From positions 14,014,001 through 14,078,000 of the forward strand of contig CM059433.1 of the NCBI GenBank assembly GCA_030390025.1: a stretch of 64,000 nucleotides of DNA. Reading direction: 5' to 3'. How positions within the stretch are numbered: the first letter of the stretch is position 1; the number at the start of each line of letters is the position of its first letter. Positions 1 through 11,265 of the stretch are shown here, one piece after another. A program made the position numbers and the translations under genes. This DNA is from Squalus acanthias. Its lineage: Eukaryota. The notes beneath the pieces are model-generated. The model ran no database searches, was not told the origin of the DNA, and saw only the letters and a list, made by a program, of their open reading frames with translations.

Positions 1-172
1 TCCCCTTCCCACCTCGGGGAGGCAGCTCCCAGTGCGGGTCGGGTACCCGCCTCCTGGGAAGATGGCACGGAGGCAGGTTGAGGGCGGGATGGGTACCCGC
101 CCCCAGATTCTGCCATTTTCCCGGCAGGCCCGCCTCCAAACCCGCCTCCCCAGGGCTGGCAAATTCCAGCCC
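1..172. mobile_element. End of a Harbinger-type MITE (same family as 35435-36279 and 44050-44895)
   Basis: Closely matches 36110-36279; ends AAATTCCAGCCC; inserted in a CR1 3' fragment. Confidence 0.8.
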
Positions 173-413
173 CAGAGGACACAGATAATTGGCAAAAGAA
201 CAGAGGGCCAGTGAGCTGGAAGGCACTGCCTGAAAGGTTGGTGGAAGCAGATTAAATAGTGACTTTCAAAAGGGAATTTGATAAATACTCGTAAAGGAAA
301 AATTTGCAGGACTTTGGGGAAAGAGAGGGGAAGTGGGACTAGTTGAATAGCTCTTTCAAAGACAGGCATGATGGGCCGAATGGCCTCTTTTTGTGCTGTA
401 AGGTTCTATGATT
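173..413 (+). mobile_element. CR1 LINE 3' end fragment
   Basis: RGHR-like start, then GATGGGCCGAATGGCCTC hairpin and TTCTATGA tail. Confidence 0.75.
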
Positions 414-424
414 GTCACATATTA

Positions 425-1440
425 TGGTGTCAGAAGTAAACTAAAACTGCAGTTATCCACAGAAAAGAGAATTTCTTATTATGCTTAAGTTCAATCCACA
501 AATAAGTGTTAAGTTCAGAAAGTCAGCACAGAAAGAAAGATTTTCAGAGTTCAAGACCACAACAACTTCACAACACAAAGATAATGGTAATGTACATGTT
601 TGTGCTCTAATTTATGGTGTAGAGCAAGACACTTCGCAAGTTTATAAAAAATTCATATGCGAGTTGAAAGATCAGAAGAATAACAAACAGTCATGCAAAA
701 ATAAGATGAATGTATTGTTTCAAAATGCAACTTAGACAGATGTTCGGGAGATGGGGCTGCTGAAATGTGAGCTTGTAAAGATTGCAATTAAGGATAATGC
801 TGTCCCTCGCAGACTGAATATACCCCATAGAATTTCATTCTCAATAGTTCCTGAAGTGGAAGAGGAAGTAAAAGGAATGAGACTAGCTGGCAACAATGTG
901 GAAGTTACTGAATCATTCGAACGGTGCTTGCAGAACGGCCGTACGTTCCGGGAAAAGAGTAAATTATAGTTGACACACGGTCCAAGAATCCAATTCACTG
1001 AGCATGAGGTCCAGGCTTATGTTGAAACAATTCAGCCCAGCAAGGCAGAGTGAGAGTTCGACTTACAGTATATGTTGCAAGCTGAACGCTCAGTAATAAC
1101 TGGTTTGTTGGAGGACGAGAACAGAATGCAATCCCTGCCCCATTGAGGAGAAGGAATCCTTGAGGGACATAGGCATGAATTCAAGTCTATCGTCAATCTC
1201 TTCTAGCATTCAGAGGCATCAGTTAGTCTATAAGTAGTCTGAGTTCCTTACTTTTATGGGCGTTGACTCACATTGCACTAAATCTACTTTTAGGATCGTG
1301 TAATCCAGGGATATAACAATAGCATCCTCTTGTGATCTGGACTAGATATACGTGCCGTTCACACATATATTACTTCAATATCTCTGAAGGCAGACTAAGT
1401 GCACACTTGGTGAGATGAGTCCTGATACAAACCATTAAAT
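425..1440 (+). mobile_element. Decayed Gypsy LTR retrotransposon internal fragment
   Basis: TGGTGTCAGAAGT PBS-like start; ORF 751-969 (AVPRRLNIPHRISFSIVPEVEEEVKGMRLAG..VEVTE) resembles the Gypsy protease-RT linker. Confidence 0.55.
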
Positions 1441-1590
1441 TGCTTTATTTCCCATCAGGCCAACGTACAGAACAACAGCTACGATTGGTTTCATTTATTT
1501 CAATCAACTTGTTTTCACTTAATATTATAAAATAGTGAAAAGACCACATTTCCCATATCGGTGGGTTATCTTACTTAACTTAAACAAAAT

Positions 1591-2240
1591 GGGGTGTATT
1601 TTCAGGCCTCCTGCCTGTTGGAAACAGGATGGTCGCACCCTGAGAATGGTGCACAATGACCCAACAGCCTATTGCTGCAGTCGCAGCAGTCGCAGTAGTG
1701 TTCCCCCGGGCCTATCGCTGGGCAGACCCCTGGGAAGGCGGTAGACCTACTTAAAATGCTAATTGGGTCCCTGTGACATATACAGGACTCCGGTTGGTAT
1801 TTCTGGATAGAAGTGAGCAGAACGAGCGCTGTGCACGCTCCGAACAGTATCAGCTGGTGGCCTGGCTGAAGAGGAGCCCAAAGATAAGTTCCTCTTTATT
1901 CTTGTATAGCCTGGAGAAGCAAGGATGCTCCTCCAGGCTCCACCAAAACGAGGCTGGGCCATTGTCACTCAGGCTCTGCTTACCCACCCCCCCCGAGACA
2001 TCGGGCACCCACCCCCCCACACCCTCTCACGGATGTACCTTCTTCCGGCCGGGCCGGCCAATATTGTAGCAGTCCCTGGGGCACTTGCCCTCCGACTGCA
2101 GCCCGTCATCCCAATGCTAATGAGGTCCAGCCCTCAAAATGGACTTGTTCCTCCATCGGGTCTACCGGCCGGCATGTGCCACTGGCCAAACACGTAGACG
2201 CGCCATTGCCATGGTGTAAATTTTCAGGAAAATGTGGTCC
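1591..2240. mobile_element. Diverged Harbinger-type MITE
   Basis: GC-rich island bounded by GGGGTGTATTTTC and GAAAATGTGGTCC, an imperfect TIR pair. Confidence 0.4.
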
Positions 2241-3412
2241 TTTGTACTTTCAACAGAAAAATCATGAAGAAAAATCATGAACATCAGAACAGTATTTCTG
2301 ACAACAATAATCATATAAGGGTTCTGTAAGTTTACAAATGACCAGTCAATTAAACTCACCACTGCGCACTACCCGAGTGACTTTTGGATTTTTCCTCAGT
2401 CCTATTCCAACAATTCTTCCAAGTGCCCCTCGAGAGCCTGGGGTCTGAGATGTGGACAACTGCTCTTTATAACTACAAACCTATTGGGACAAAGGTGGTC
2501 TTCATTTCAGGGCCGCTGAATCATGAGATGGTCCTGCAACAGACTGCTTTTTTTTGGTTGCTCAAGCTGTTGGTAGATTTGAAAGACTAACTTTTGTAAG
2601 AACTGCTTTTTTTTGTTGTTTTCAGACCAATGGTCCAATGGCAGTCTCCCCCACAGTCCAGTTGACATGTGTCCTTTTTCATTACCGTAAGAGAAGGGAG
2701 ATGTGACAAGAATACATTTCCACTTTAAGGGAATCAGTCACGTTTTAAATATTTAATGGTTGCTCAAGCTGTTGGTAGATTTGAAAGACTAACTTTTGTA
2801 AGAAGCAAAGTCAAAAGCTGCAAGTTCCTTCTCATAAAGGAATCTATTTAAAACAAAGTCAAGCCTCATATAAGGCAGGCTTAGACATTTGGGGGGGCGC
2901 GGGGGGGGGGGGGGATTTTAAGCCCCCCAAAACAGGTGCGTTTAGGTCGGGTGGATGTAAAAATTTTTAAAATATAAATGCGAACCCAACACACCTCAAA
3001 CCCGCCCACTGCCGGTTTTAACAGGGTGGGTTATCAGGCGGTTTGCTTATTTAAATATTTAAATGGAGATTTTATCGACATTTTAGGTTTAATGCTGGCC
3101 TGCCAGGTTTCCCGGGCTTCCCACAGGGGCCAGGAGGTCCTCCAAAAAGAAGGATGTGGGATCAGATCGGCGGGGCTGTCACTGCCAGGAGTGTCGCCCC
3201 CACGACCTGGCTCCAGTGCCCAAAGAAGCTTCATGACCTCAGATCAGTGCTCAAGGCCAGTGAACGCATCTTCAAAAGCCCTGTCCTACCAGCTGCATGA
3301 CTAGCCTCACACACTGCTCAATGCACGACCACCTGCGCCCCATCACCATCACTCACCTACTAACAACCTCTACCAAACATGAGGCACACCTCACATTCCT
3401 AGCTTCACCTCA

Positions 3413-3624
3413 GGGAATGGTAGCATAGTAGTTACGCTACAGGACTAGTAATCCGGCAGCTGGGGAATTTAAATTCAGTTAATTAAATAAACCTGGAATA
3501 AAAAGCTAGTATCGGTAATGGTGACCATGAAACTAACAGATCGTCATAAAAACCCATCTGGTTTACTAATGTCCTTTAGGGAAGGAAATCTGCCGTCCTT
3601 ACCTGTCTGGCCTATATGTGACTA
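3413..3624 (+). mobile_element. tRNA-derived SINE, 5' part (same family as 24650-25057)
   Basis: GGTAGCATAGTAG head; body matches 24657-24885. Confidence 0.75.
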
Positions 3625-4628
3625 CATGCATGCTAAACAGCGGAAGCAGCATGCTATAGACAGAGCTAAGCGATCCCACAACCAACAAATCAGATCAAGC
3701 TCTGCAGTCCTGCCACATCCAGTTGTGAATGGTGGTGGACAATTATACAACTAACGGGAGGAGGAGGCTTCATGAACATCCCCATCCTCAGTGATAGCGG
3801 AGCCCAGTATACGAGTGCAAAAGACAAGGCTGAAGCATTTACAAACATCTTCAGCCAGAAGTGCCGAGTGAATGATCCATCTCGGCCTCCTCCTGGGATC
3901 CACACCATCACAGAAGCCAGTCTTCAGCCAATTCAATTCACTCCACGTGACAGCAAGAAACGATTGAGTGCACTGGATACAGCAAAGACGCCAACAACAT
4001 AGCTGTGTCTAGCTGTGCCTCTAGCCAAGCTGTTCCAGTACAGCTACAACATTGGCATCTACCCGACAATGTGGAAATTGCACAGGTATGTGCTGTCCAC
4101 AAAAAGCAGGACAAATCCAAACCAGCCAATTACCACCCCATCAGTCTAATCTCAATCATCAGCAAAGTGATGGAAGATGTCATTGACAGTGCTATCAAGC
4201 GACACTTACTCACCAATAACCTGCTCACTGGTGCTCAGTTTGGGTTCCGCCAGGACCACTCAGCTCCAGACCTCATTACAGCCTTGGTCCAAGCATCGAC
4301 AAAAGAGCTGAATTCCGGAGGTGAGATGAGAGTGACTGCCCTTGACATCAAGGCAGCATTTGACCGAGTGTGGCATCAAGGAGCCCTAGTAAAACTAAAG
4401 TCAATGGGAATCGGGGGAAAACTCTCCACTGGCTGGAGTCATACCTAGCACAAAGGATGATGGTTGTGGTTGTTGGAGGTCAATCATCTCAGCCCCAGGA
4501 CATTGCTGCAGAAGTTCTTCAGTGTTCTAGGTCCAACCAATTTTAGCTGCTTCATCAATGACCTTCGCTCCATCATAAGGTCAGAAGTGGGGATGTTCGC
4601 TGATGATTGCACAGCATTCAGTTCCATT
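3625..4628 (+). mobile_element. Non-LTR retrotransposon (CR1/Jockey group) RT fragment
   Basis: DKSKPANYHPISLISIISKVME, QFGFR, ALDIKAAFDRVWH and MFADDC motifs, with frameshifts. Confidence 0.9.
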
Positions 4629-5374
4629 CATAGAATCATAGAATCGTTACAGCACAGTAGGCCTGTCAAGCCCATGCTTGCTTTCTGCAAGAGCACTTTC
4701 CTCATATGTTATCCTTCTTTCCACATCCTCCTTCCTTCTCATCCCACAATATCTTCTGATTTACAAGCTGCGCTTTCTCACCCTCCCCTCACCACAACTC
4801 TACCCTTGTGCCTTCCTTATTTCAGAAACCCAAGAAATGCAGTCTGCCAATGGTTGACCAAGAAGAGGGAGAGGAGAGTGAAGAAGAAGAAGAGACACCA
4901 TCACTCCACTTGACACTCCCAGTCACCAGCTCCTCGAGGTCATCCTGCAAGGCCATCTGCAGTGGCCCCACTGAAAGTCAGCAGCCTTCCACCAACCATG
5001 CTGCAGCCACTGGGGTAGCACTGCGTGACATCAGTACGATAGGCAAAGGCACACACAAGACAGTCTTCTAAGGGAATGCATAAGGGTGATTAGTTGATTT
5101 CTTGATGTCATATTGGATGGATATATGGATAAATTTGGATTGGAAAGTTTGCTTTGTGGTGGCTTTTAGTTCAGCATTGTGGCCAAGAGGACGCTGTGAT
5201 GGTCAGTAACAGAGGGAAGGTAAGGTGTTGGGACTAATGTTGAAAGGGGAATTGGGGTTGTGGCCATTGGCACCGCAGGCTGATGATTCCATCCTGGATA
5301 TCCCGACCAGAAAGGGGCTGTCTGGGTTGCATTCTTCCTTCCACTTCCTCCTCTTCAGCGTCATCCTCTTCTGA

Positions 5375-5585
5375 ATATTTATTCCTTAATCAGCATCACT
5401 AAAAAAGATTATCCAGTCATTATCACATTGCTAATTGCGGGAGCTTGCTATGCGCAAATTGGCTGCTGTGTTTCCTACATTACAACAGTGACTCCACTTC
5501 AAGAGTACTTCATTTGCTGTAAAGTGCTTTGGAACATCCGGTGGTCGTGAAAGGCGCTATATAAATGCAAGTCTTTCTTTTTTTC
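5375..5585 (+). mobile_element. Deu-domain SINE, 3' half
   Basis: Matches 15450-15660. Confidence 0.8.
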
Positions 5586-5699
5586 TTCCTCTTCTGCTTC
5601 CTCCTCTTACCTCTGTGAGCACCTTGTCCCCTTTGCTGCTCTGCTTCATCTCCGTGTGCCCCCCAGGACTGTGCGCAAGTGGTCTTCTCAAGTGGCAAA

Positions 5700-5848
5700 A
5701 TAATGCGGTTGATGGAAATCTGAAATAAAAGCAGAAAATGCTGGAAATACGCAGCAGGTCAGGCAGAATCTTGACCTGAAATGTTAACTCTGTTTCTCTC
5801 CCCACAGATGATGCCTGACCTGCTGAGTATTTCCAGCATTTTCTGTCT
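5700..5848. mobile_element. Penelope-like terminal fragment in inverted (foldback) arrangement
   Basis: CAGAAAATGCTGGAAATACGCAGCAGGTCAGGCA followed by its reverse complement; same sequence as 61360-61554. Confidence 0.7.
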
Positions 5849-5949
5849 TCTCAGAGGCCTTCCTTTATCATCCAAAGCCATGCAAGTATCCTGCAGCACT
5901 CCCTGCACACTTTAACAACTTTTTAAATGTCTTGCACCAAGCCACTATT

Positions 5950-6908
5950 TCAGTGTCCTAGGCTAAACGATCTTCAGCTGCTTCCATCAATGACCTTCCC
6001 TCCATCATAAGGTCAGAAGTGGGGATGTTCGCTGATGATTGCACCCTGTTCAGTTCCATTCGCAACTCTTCAGTTAATGAAGCAGTCCATGCCTGCATGC
6101 AGCAAGACCTGGATGACATTCAGGCTTGGGCTGATAAGCGGCAAGTAACATTCACACCACACAAGTGCCAGGAAATTTCTATCTCCAACAAGAGAGAGTC
6201 TAACCAGCTCCCATTGACATTCAACGGCATTACCATCGCCAAAATCCCCACCAGCAACATCCTGGGGTCACTGTTGATCAGAAACTTAACTGGACCAGCC
6301 ACATAAATACTGTGGCTATAAGAGCAGGTATTCTGAGTATTCTGTGGCGAGTGTCTCACCTCCTGACTCCCCAAAGCCTTTCCACCATCTACAAGGCACA
6401 AATCAGGAGTGTGATGGAATACTCTCCACTTGCCTGGATGAGTGCAGCTCCAACAACATTCAAGAAGCTCGACACCATCCAGGACAAAGCAGCCCGCTTG
6501 ATTGGTAACCCATCCACCACCTTAAACATTCACTCCCTCCACCACCGGCGTACTGTGGCTGCAGTGAGTACCATCTACAAGATGCACTGCAGCAACTCGC
6601 CAAGGCTTCTTCGGCAGCACCTCCCAAACCCGCGACCTCTTCCACCTAGAAGTACAAGGGCAGCAGGTGCATGGGAACACCACCACCTGCAAGGTCCCCT
6701 CCAAGTCACACACCACATATATCGCCGTTCCTTCATTGTCGCTGGGTCAAAATCCTGGAACTCCCTCCCTAACAGCACTGTGGGAGTACCTTCACCACAG
6801 ACTTCAGCGGTTCAAGAAGGCTGCTCATCACCACCTTCTCAAGGGCAATTAGGGATGGGCAATAAATGCTGGCCTTGCCAGCAAAGCCCACATCCCATGA
6901 ATGAATAA
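5950..6908 (+). mobile_element. Non-LTR retrotransposon 3' portion (same family as 3625-4628)
   Basis: MFADDC and YKAQIRSVMEYSPLAW motifs; 3' tail AAGGGCAATTAGGGATGGGCAATAAATGC...ATGAATGAA. Confidence 0.9.
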
Positions 6909-8068
6909 TAATAAAATAAATATAATATAAATAACTCCAGTCCAAAAGCTGAAATCCAAACTTACCTGAAAGATGTGTGTGTCCCTTTAAGAAGCGCTGA
7001 CAGCGTCTCTGCAGGGCTGCTTCACACACGTTTTTCTGTGCGTATTTAGGACAGGGCGTTATGGCGTGCTTGAATGTCCAAAATAGTAGAGGCGTCAAAT
7101 CAGGCGTTGCATGCCGATTGACGTTACGATCTGCTTATTTAAATTTGAGAGGGCAGCGTTGTCAATGGCAGCGCTATGGTCCTCACCAAAATGGCGGCCA
7201 CCATGCTGGGAGTGGGCGGAAGCGAGGCTGCGACCATTTTTTTCAACAAAACCGGCCTTAACGGCCGACGCTACTGCGGGAATTTCTAGGCCACAGAGTA
7301 AGCAAGCATAATGGACAAAAGGGTATATAAAATGCTTAATTTAACAAAAAAAAATTCTAAATTCTCCTCACTATTTAATACAGAAATGGTTAAAATGCAT
7401 TGGAGGCTTTTTCCCGGGGAACTGGTGCAAAAATCGGCGACGCGTTGGCAATGTGCGCCCAAAGATTGAGGCCCAAGGCTGACCCCAAATTGGGCTTCGT
7501 GCTCATCCCTGATTGGCCTACGCTGCTCGCTGGTCTGGGCCTCCTGAAAATAGGCCAGGTCGGGGGCTGAGCAGGACCGCAGATAAGTCCTGGGAGCTGG
7601 GGGAGGAGGTGAGCGTGAGCTGACAGTAACTCGCAGTATTGCTGTGGAGCCAGGAAGAGCGCTTCTGTTTCTCCTGAATCCATAAGTGGAAACCGGAAAA
7701 TGTACCTCTTCTTTGGTGGCCTTCAGTTGTCCTCATTAAGAATTGTTGGTTTTGTTGCCATAGACCCTTAAAAATTGAACGGAGCACGGTCGGTACTTGC
7801 TCCACCCAGTTTTCCCCCAATTTGGCATCACAGTCTTGAAACATGCATTAGTTCCCTGATTACTATATGCAAGGGGCCGAATGCCTGTTTCAGGCAGATG
7901 CCCTGCCTGACTAAACGTCTCCCGCTCCAAAATGGCGGCCACCAAATCTTTTGCACAGATCAGACGCGGAGATCCAGGCCCGATGTTGGTGAGTTTCTCC
8001 GTCGTTTTACACCCCATAAATAGGCGAAACGAGGTTGAATTTCTGCCTATTATAGTCTCTGTTGCATG

Positions 8069-10151
8069 TCAGCCAGTGTCTAATTTAGTGCATTTCATTT
8101 TTTCTAAAAGTGAAAGTATACCAGCCATAGACATGACAACATCATTCCAAAAGATGTTGCAGCACACGCTAAGAAACGATGAACCAACAACTTTCCTCAA
8201 AATATTTGAATAAGGCACAAATTTCCCCAGTGTGAAGATTGACATATGTGACCAAATATAACGTGCTATTTCACAGTATCTCAGTATAGACGTCCGCAGT
8301 GAAACGGTATTCATAGCACCAAGTTCCTCTTGGACTCCTCTTATGCATTTCAATGAAATGCAACAGAATTTCTTGCCCATGAAACAAGTGTCTACAGAAG
8401 TTGAACAAGAATAATTAACGTTACAGTAATCTTTCTTCATGACGCAGATCCGAGGTGAAATCTTCATGAATATTTCAGCATCATTCGAGGCTTTGACACA
8501 CGGTAATGACCTATTAATGAAATGAATCATGTCGTATATAAGTGGAGCAACTAGACGCAGTGCAAGCTGGAAGCTTTCAGACCAGCAACTTAAAAAAAAT
8601 TAAAATGTATGCCAATGCTTTTTTCTAACGGAAACTCTTGCAAACTGCATTTTATTTTTATTTTCAGGCAGTCTCTTCATCCTTACTGAGAGCTTTGGTT
8701 CCGTAGTTAAAGTGGTATTCCACTCATTCGATGATATACAGATAGGATTTGGGAACAACTGCATTATTATCAAACCTCTTGCATCTTTGAAGCTGACAGA
8801 ACATTTATGGAAGATGTCAGTTTTTACGAAATAATTGGAAGATCTCCGTTTGCACAGATAGGTGTCTCTCAGTGGCTTTATCAAGATACAGTTTTTTTTG
8901 CTAAGTGAAAAATTCCCACTTGAAGCCAGCAATCTTTTGCTACATTTCCGCAGAGCCAGGAGGCAGCTTCCTTCCTCTTCAATGCTGCACATTTTGTAAT
9001 CGGAGTGTCTCTGACAGAGAAGCATACACCCGGTTAAATGCAACACGCCGCACACATCAACCAAACACACAATCTCACCGTCCGGCAGACAAGTGTGAAG
9101 AGTTTTTCTTTTAGCTTCTCCTGAAATTGTTCTATTATGTAGAAATGCACGCTGCAAACAGAGCGTTTAGCGCAGGGGGTGGCCGATGATTTGGGCTGGA
9201 GGGCCACTCAATAAGTTTTGGTGAGCTGTTGAGTGCCGCACACTAATGTTTCCCCCTAAGGTGTGCGGCCGCGTGTTTCCACGCAAGCTGTTCACCGCCT
9301 CCTGCTGCTGAAAGAAATACCGGGCGGAAAATTTAAAGGGACCACGCATGTTGATGAGATCAAAGCGTTAGATTGGCTCATTTGAAACAGGCCAAATCAT
9401 AGTGTTGATCATCACTCCCACCTCTACCCTCCCAATAATTAATAAACTTAATTCAGATACTATCTTAAATACACAAAATGTAGTGTACAATAGTAAAATC
9501 TTCTGTTACTAAATGAATGAAATGATTGGTCGATTGATTATATGTTGTGCTGAACGTCTACGTGGCTGTTTGGCCGAGCGGCTCGAGTCAGCGGGGCCTC
9601 CGACGCGAGAGGTGTTCGCTTTTCAGTGCGCTGAGTACGGGAGCCCGAGGCTTCGCAAGGCCTGAACTACAATCACGGGCTGTTACCTGGTGTTCGTTGT
9701 GCTCTGGGATCCATTCCCTTGTCTAAGACAGCGATGAGAACTCCCCCACCCCACCCCCCTGCCGTCATACTCTGGGTACCGGGACAGGAAAGACGCAACG
9801 CTTTCTTCGGTGAAAGTCATCGAGATGAGCAGCCGTGACTCGACTCAGACGAATGTGCAGCTCGAGCTCCGGCTTGCGTTCTATTTCTGTCCCGTCCAGC
9901 GGGCCGGATAGAACGAACTGGTTTAGCTGCTAGTTAACCCTGTACAGGCTCTGATCAACCCTTGGCGGCAGAATAAACAAATGCAAAACAAGATAGCAGT
10001 AATGCACATTGTTCTGCATCATTGAGCATGGAACATTTCCAGAGGAAAACAAATACGCCAAAGGATATTCCTGATTGTTTTGCATATATAGGGTGGAATG
10101 CAATGCCAGGCATATGTTACGACAGTCACTGCACTTTGGAAAGTAATTCAA
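8069..10151 (-). pseudogene. Disabled intronless Mab-21/cGAS-like (cGLR-type) gene, probably tandem domains, split by a hAT insertion
   Basis: ORFs 8600-9157 and 8069-8530 are in one frame separated by a single TAA. ORF 9930-10151 adjoins them once the hAT element is removed (one TAG and one frameshift). Motifs: LFSSGN-x11-YCYLVLHL (NTase GS..DxD spacing), LVDVCGVL, CILIKPLRDTYL..SNYFVKTDIFHKC, and a second KKFCCISLKCIR..MNTVSLRTSILRYCE..W. Judged by eye. Confidence 0.55.
9173..9920. mobile_element. Non-autonomous hAT (Charlie-like) DNA transposon
   Basis: Starts CAGGGGGTGGCC, has subterminal CGGGCCGGATA and ends CTG. Flanked by 8-bp TSD GTTTAGCG (9165-9172) / GTTTAGCT (9921-9928). CpG-rich interior. 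Confidence 0.75.
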
Positions 10152-10197
10152 TGTGTGCGTAGTACTTTAAGACATTGCAGTGTGACAAAGGACAATT

Positions 10198-10359
10198 GAG
10201 TAAATTCAACAATCCTGTGCTTCTAGGGAGCTATACTTGAAGGGAGCAGTGAATGGTGAATTAGTGCCACAGTGTTGCTGCCTAGCCCTACCATTGCCCG
10301 ACTTGTACTCTCTTTGAGTACGGCTTCATGCCAGGAACACAGGAGCTGTGAATTTACCC
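10198..10359. mobile_element. Short hairpin MITE
   Basis: Inverted ends GAGTAAATTCA..TCCTGTG and CACAGGA..TGAATTTACCC. Confidence 0.55.
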
Positions 10360-11265
10360 TTAAAATGCAAGTATTAAAGGAAAGCTCAAACAGCTTTTTT
10401 CACATCATCTAAAGTCCAATATTTTTTTTACGTGCTTGAAGCAGACGACAACCTGTACGCTATTCTCAGGTGCAGTTGTCAGGCAGTATCAGTCTATTTT
10501 TGGCATGCCATTTTGACAGCAATTGCCATAAGGATTAAATCAACTGAGTGACTGAAATGAGAAGCAACTCGAATCATGATTTGGTAATTGACCGAAATAA
10601 CAAACTGGAAATGGAAGCAGTCGCGTCCCTGAGTGACAGTGACTGTAGCATGATTAAATTTGACATGATCTGGGATACTATGAGCCGAGCGATGCAATTT
10701 TAGAATGGGCAACTTTAAGGGAATGAAGGAATATCTTAAACAATTCAACCGGGGATTGGGGGATGAGGTAATACGCAAGAAAACCTCAATTGAGGGCAAA
10801 AGGAAGACTTTGAAGGATATGTTAATGAGCAGGCAGAATAAATACATACAATAGGTACAGAATTTGCAAGTGGGCAAAACTATGGCAAATTACATTCAAT
10901 ATTAGACATATGGGCTAGAAATTCGGTATCGTCCCAGTTGGGGGGCGCTAAATTTAAAAAAGTTGGAGAATTATCGCCAGGCGCTAATCCTTCTCGCCTC
11001 CCACTAAATTGTTAGTGCTCCAAGAGAGAACTGGAGCGCTAAATCAAGCGCTAATCACCTAACTTAGGGCGCTACACACAGAGAGCGAGTGCTACCCACA
11101 CAGCGAGAACCAATTTCAGGTGCACTCCAGTCGGGACTCATCATTCACACTGGCTCCTTCCAGTTCTTAAAGAGGAGGTTCAATCATTCAGCACAAGCCC
11201 ATTCTCAACATTGCTGGCTCTGAAGGCGACCTCGAAGCAACTCAACAGCTACACCTCTTATCCTC

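Larger units (their letters stand above)
2908..8048. mobile_element. Fragmented, internally deleted PIF/Harbinger element with nested SINEs, LINEs and Penelope piece
   Basis: TIR-like ends GGGGGGGATTTT and GAATTTCTGCCT. Myb-gene remnants on + (about 3180-3410 and 4700-5093, ending AAGGGTGATTAG as at 13022-13033). Transposase remnants on - (about 5270-5365 and 5590-5697, the latter similar to the reverse complement of 39310-39370). Confidence 0.6.

Noticed and set aside
2891..2914. Poly-G tract as a functional G-quadruplex
   Set aside because: It abuts a Harbinger TIR and homopolymer length is unreliable.
8600..8602. Programmed readthrough or selenocysteine at the in-frame stop
   Set aside because: The codon is TAA and the locus has other disabling lesions, so a nonsense mutation is simpler.
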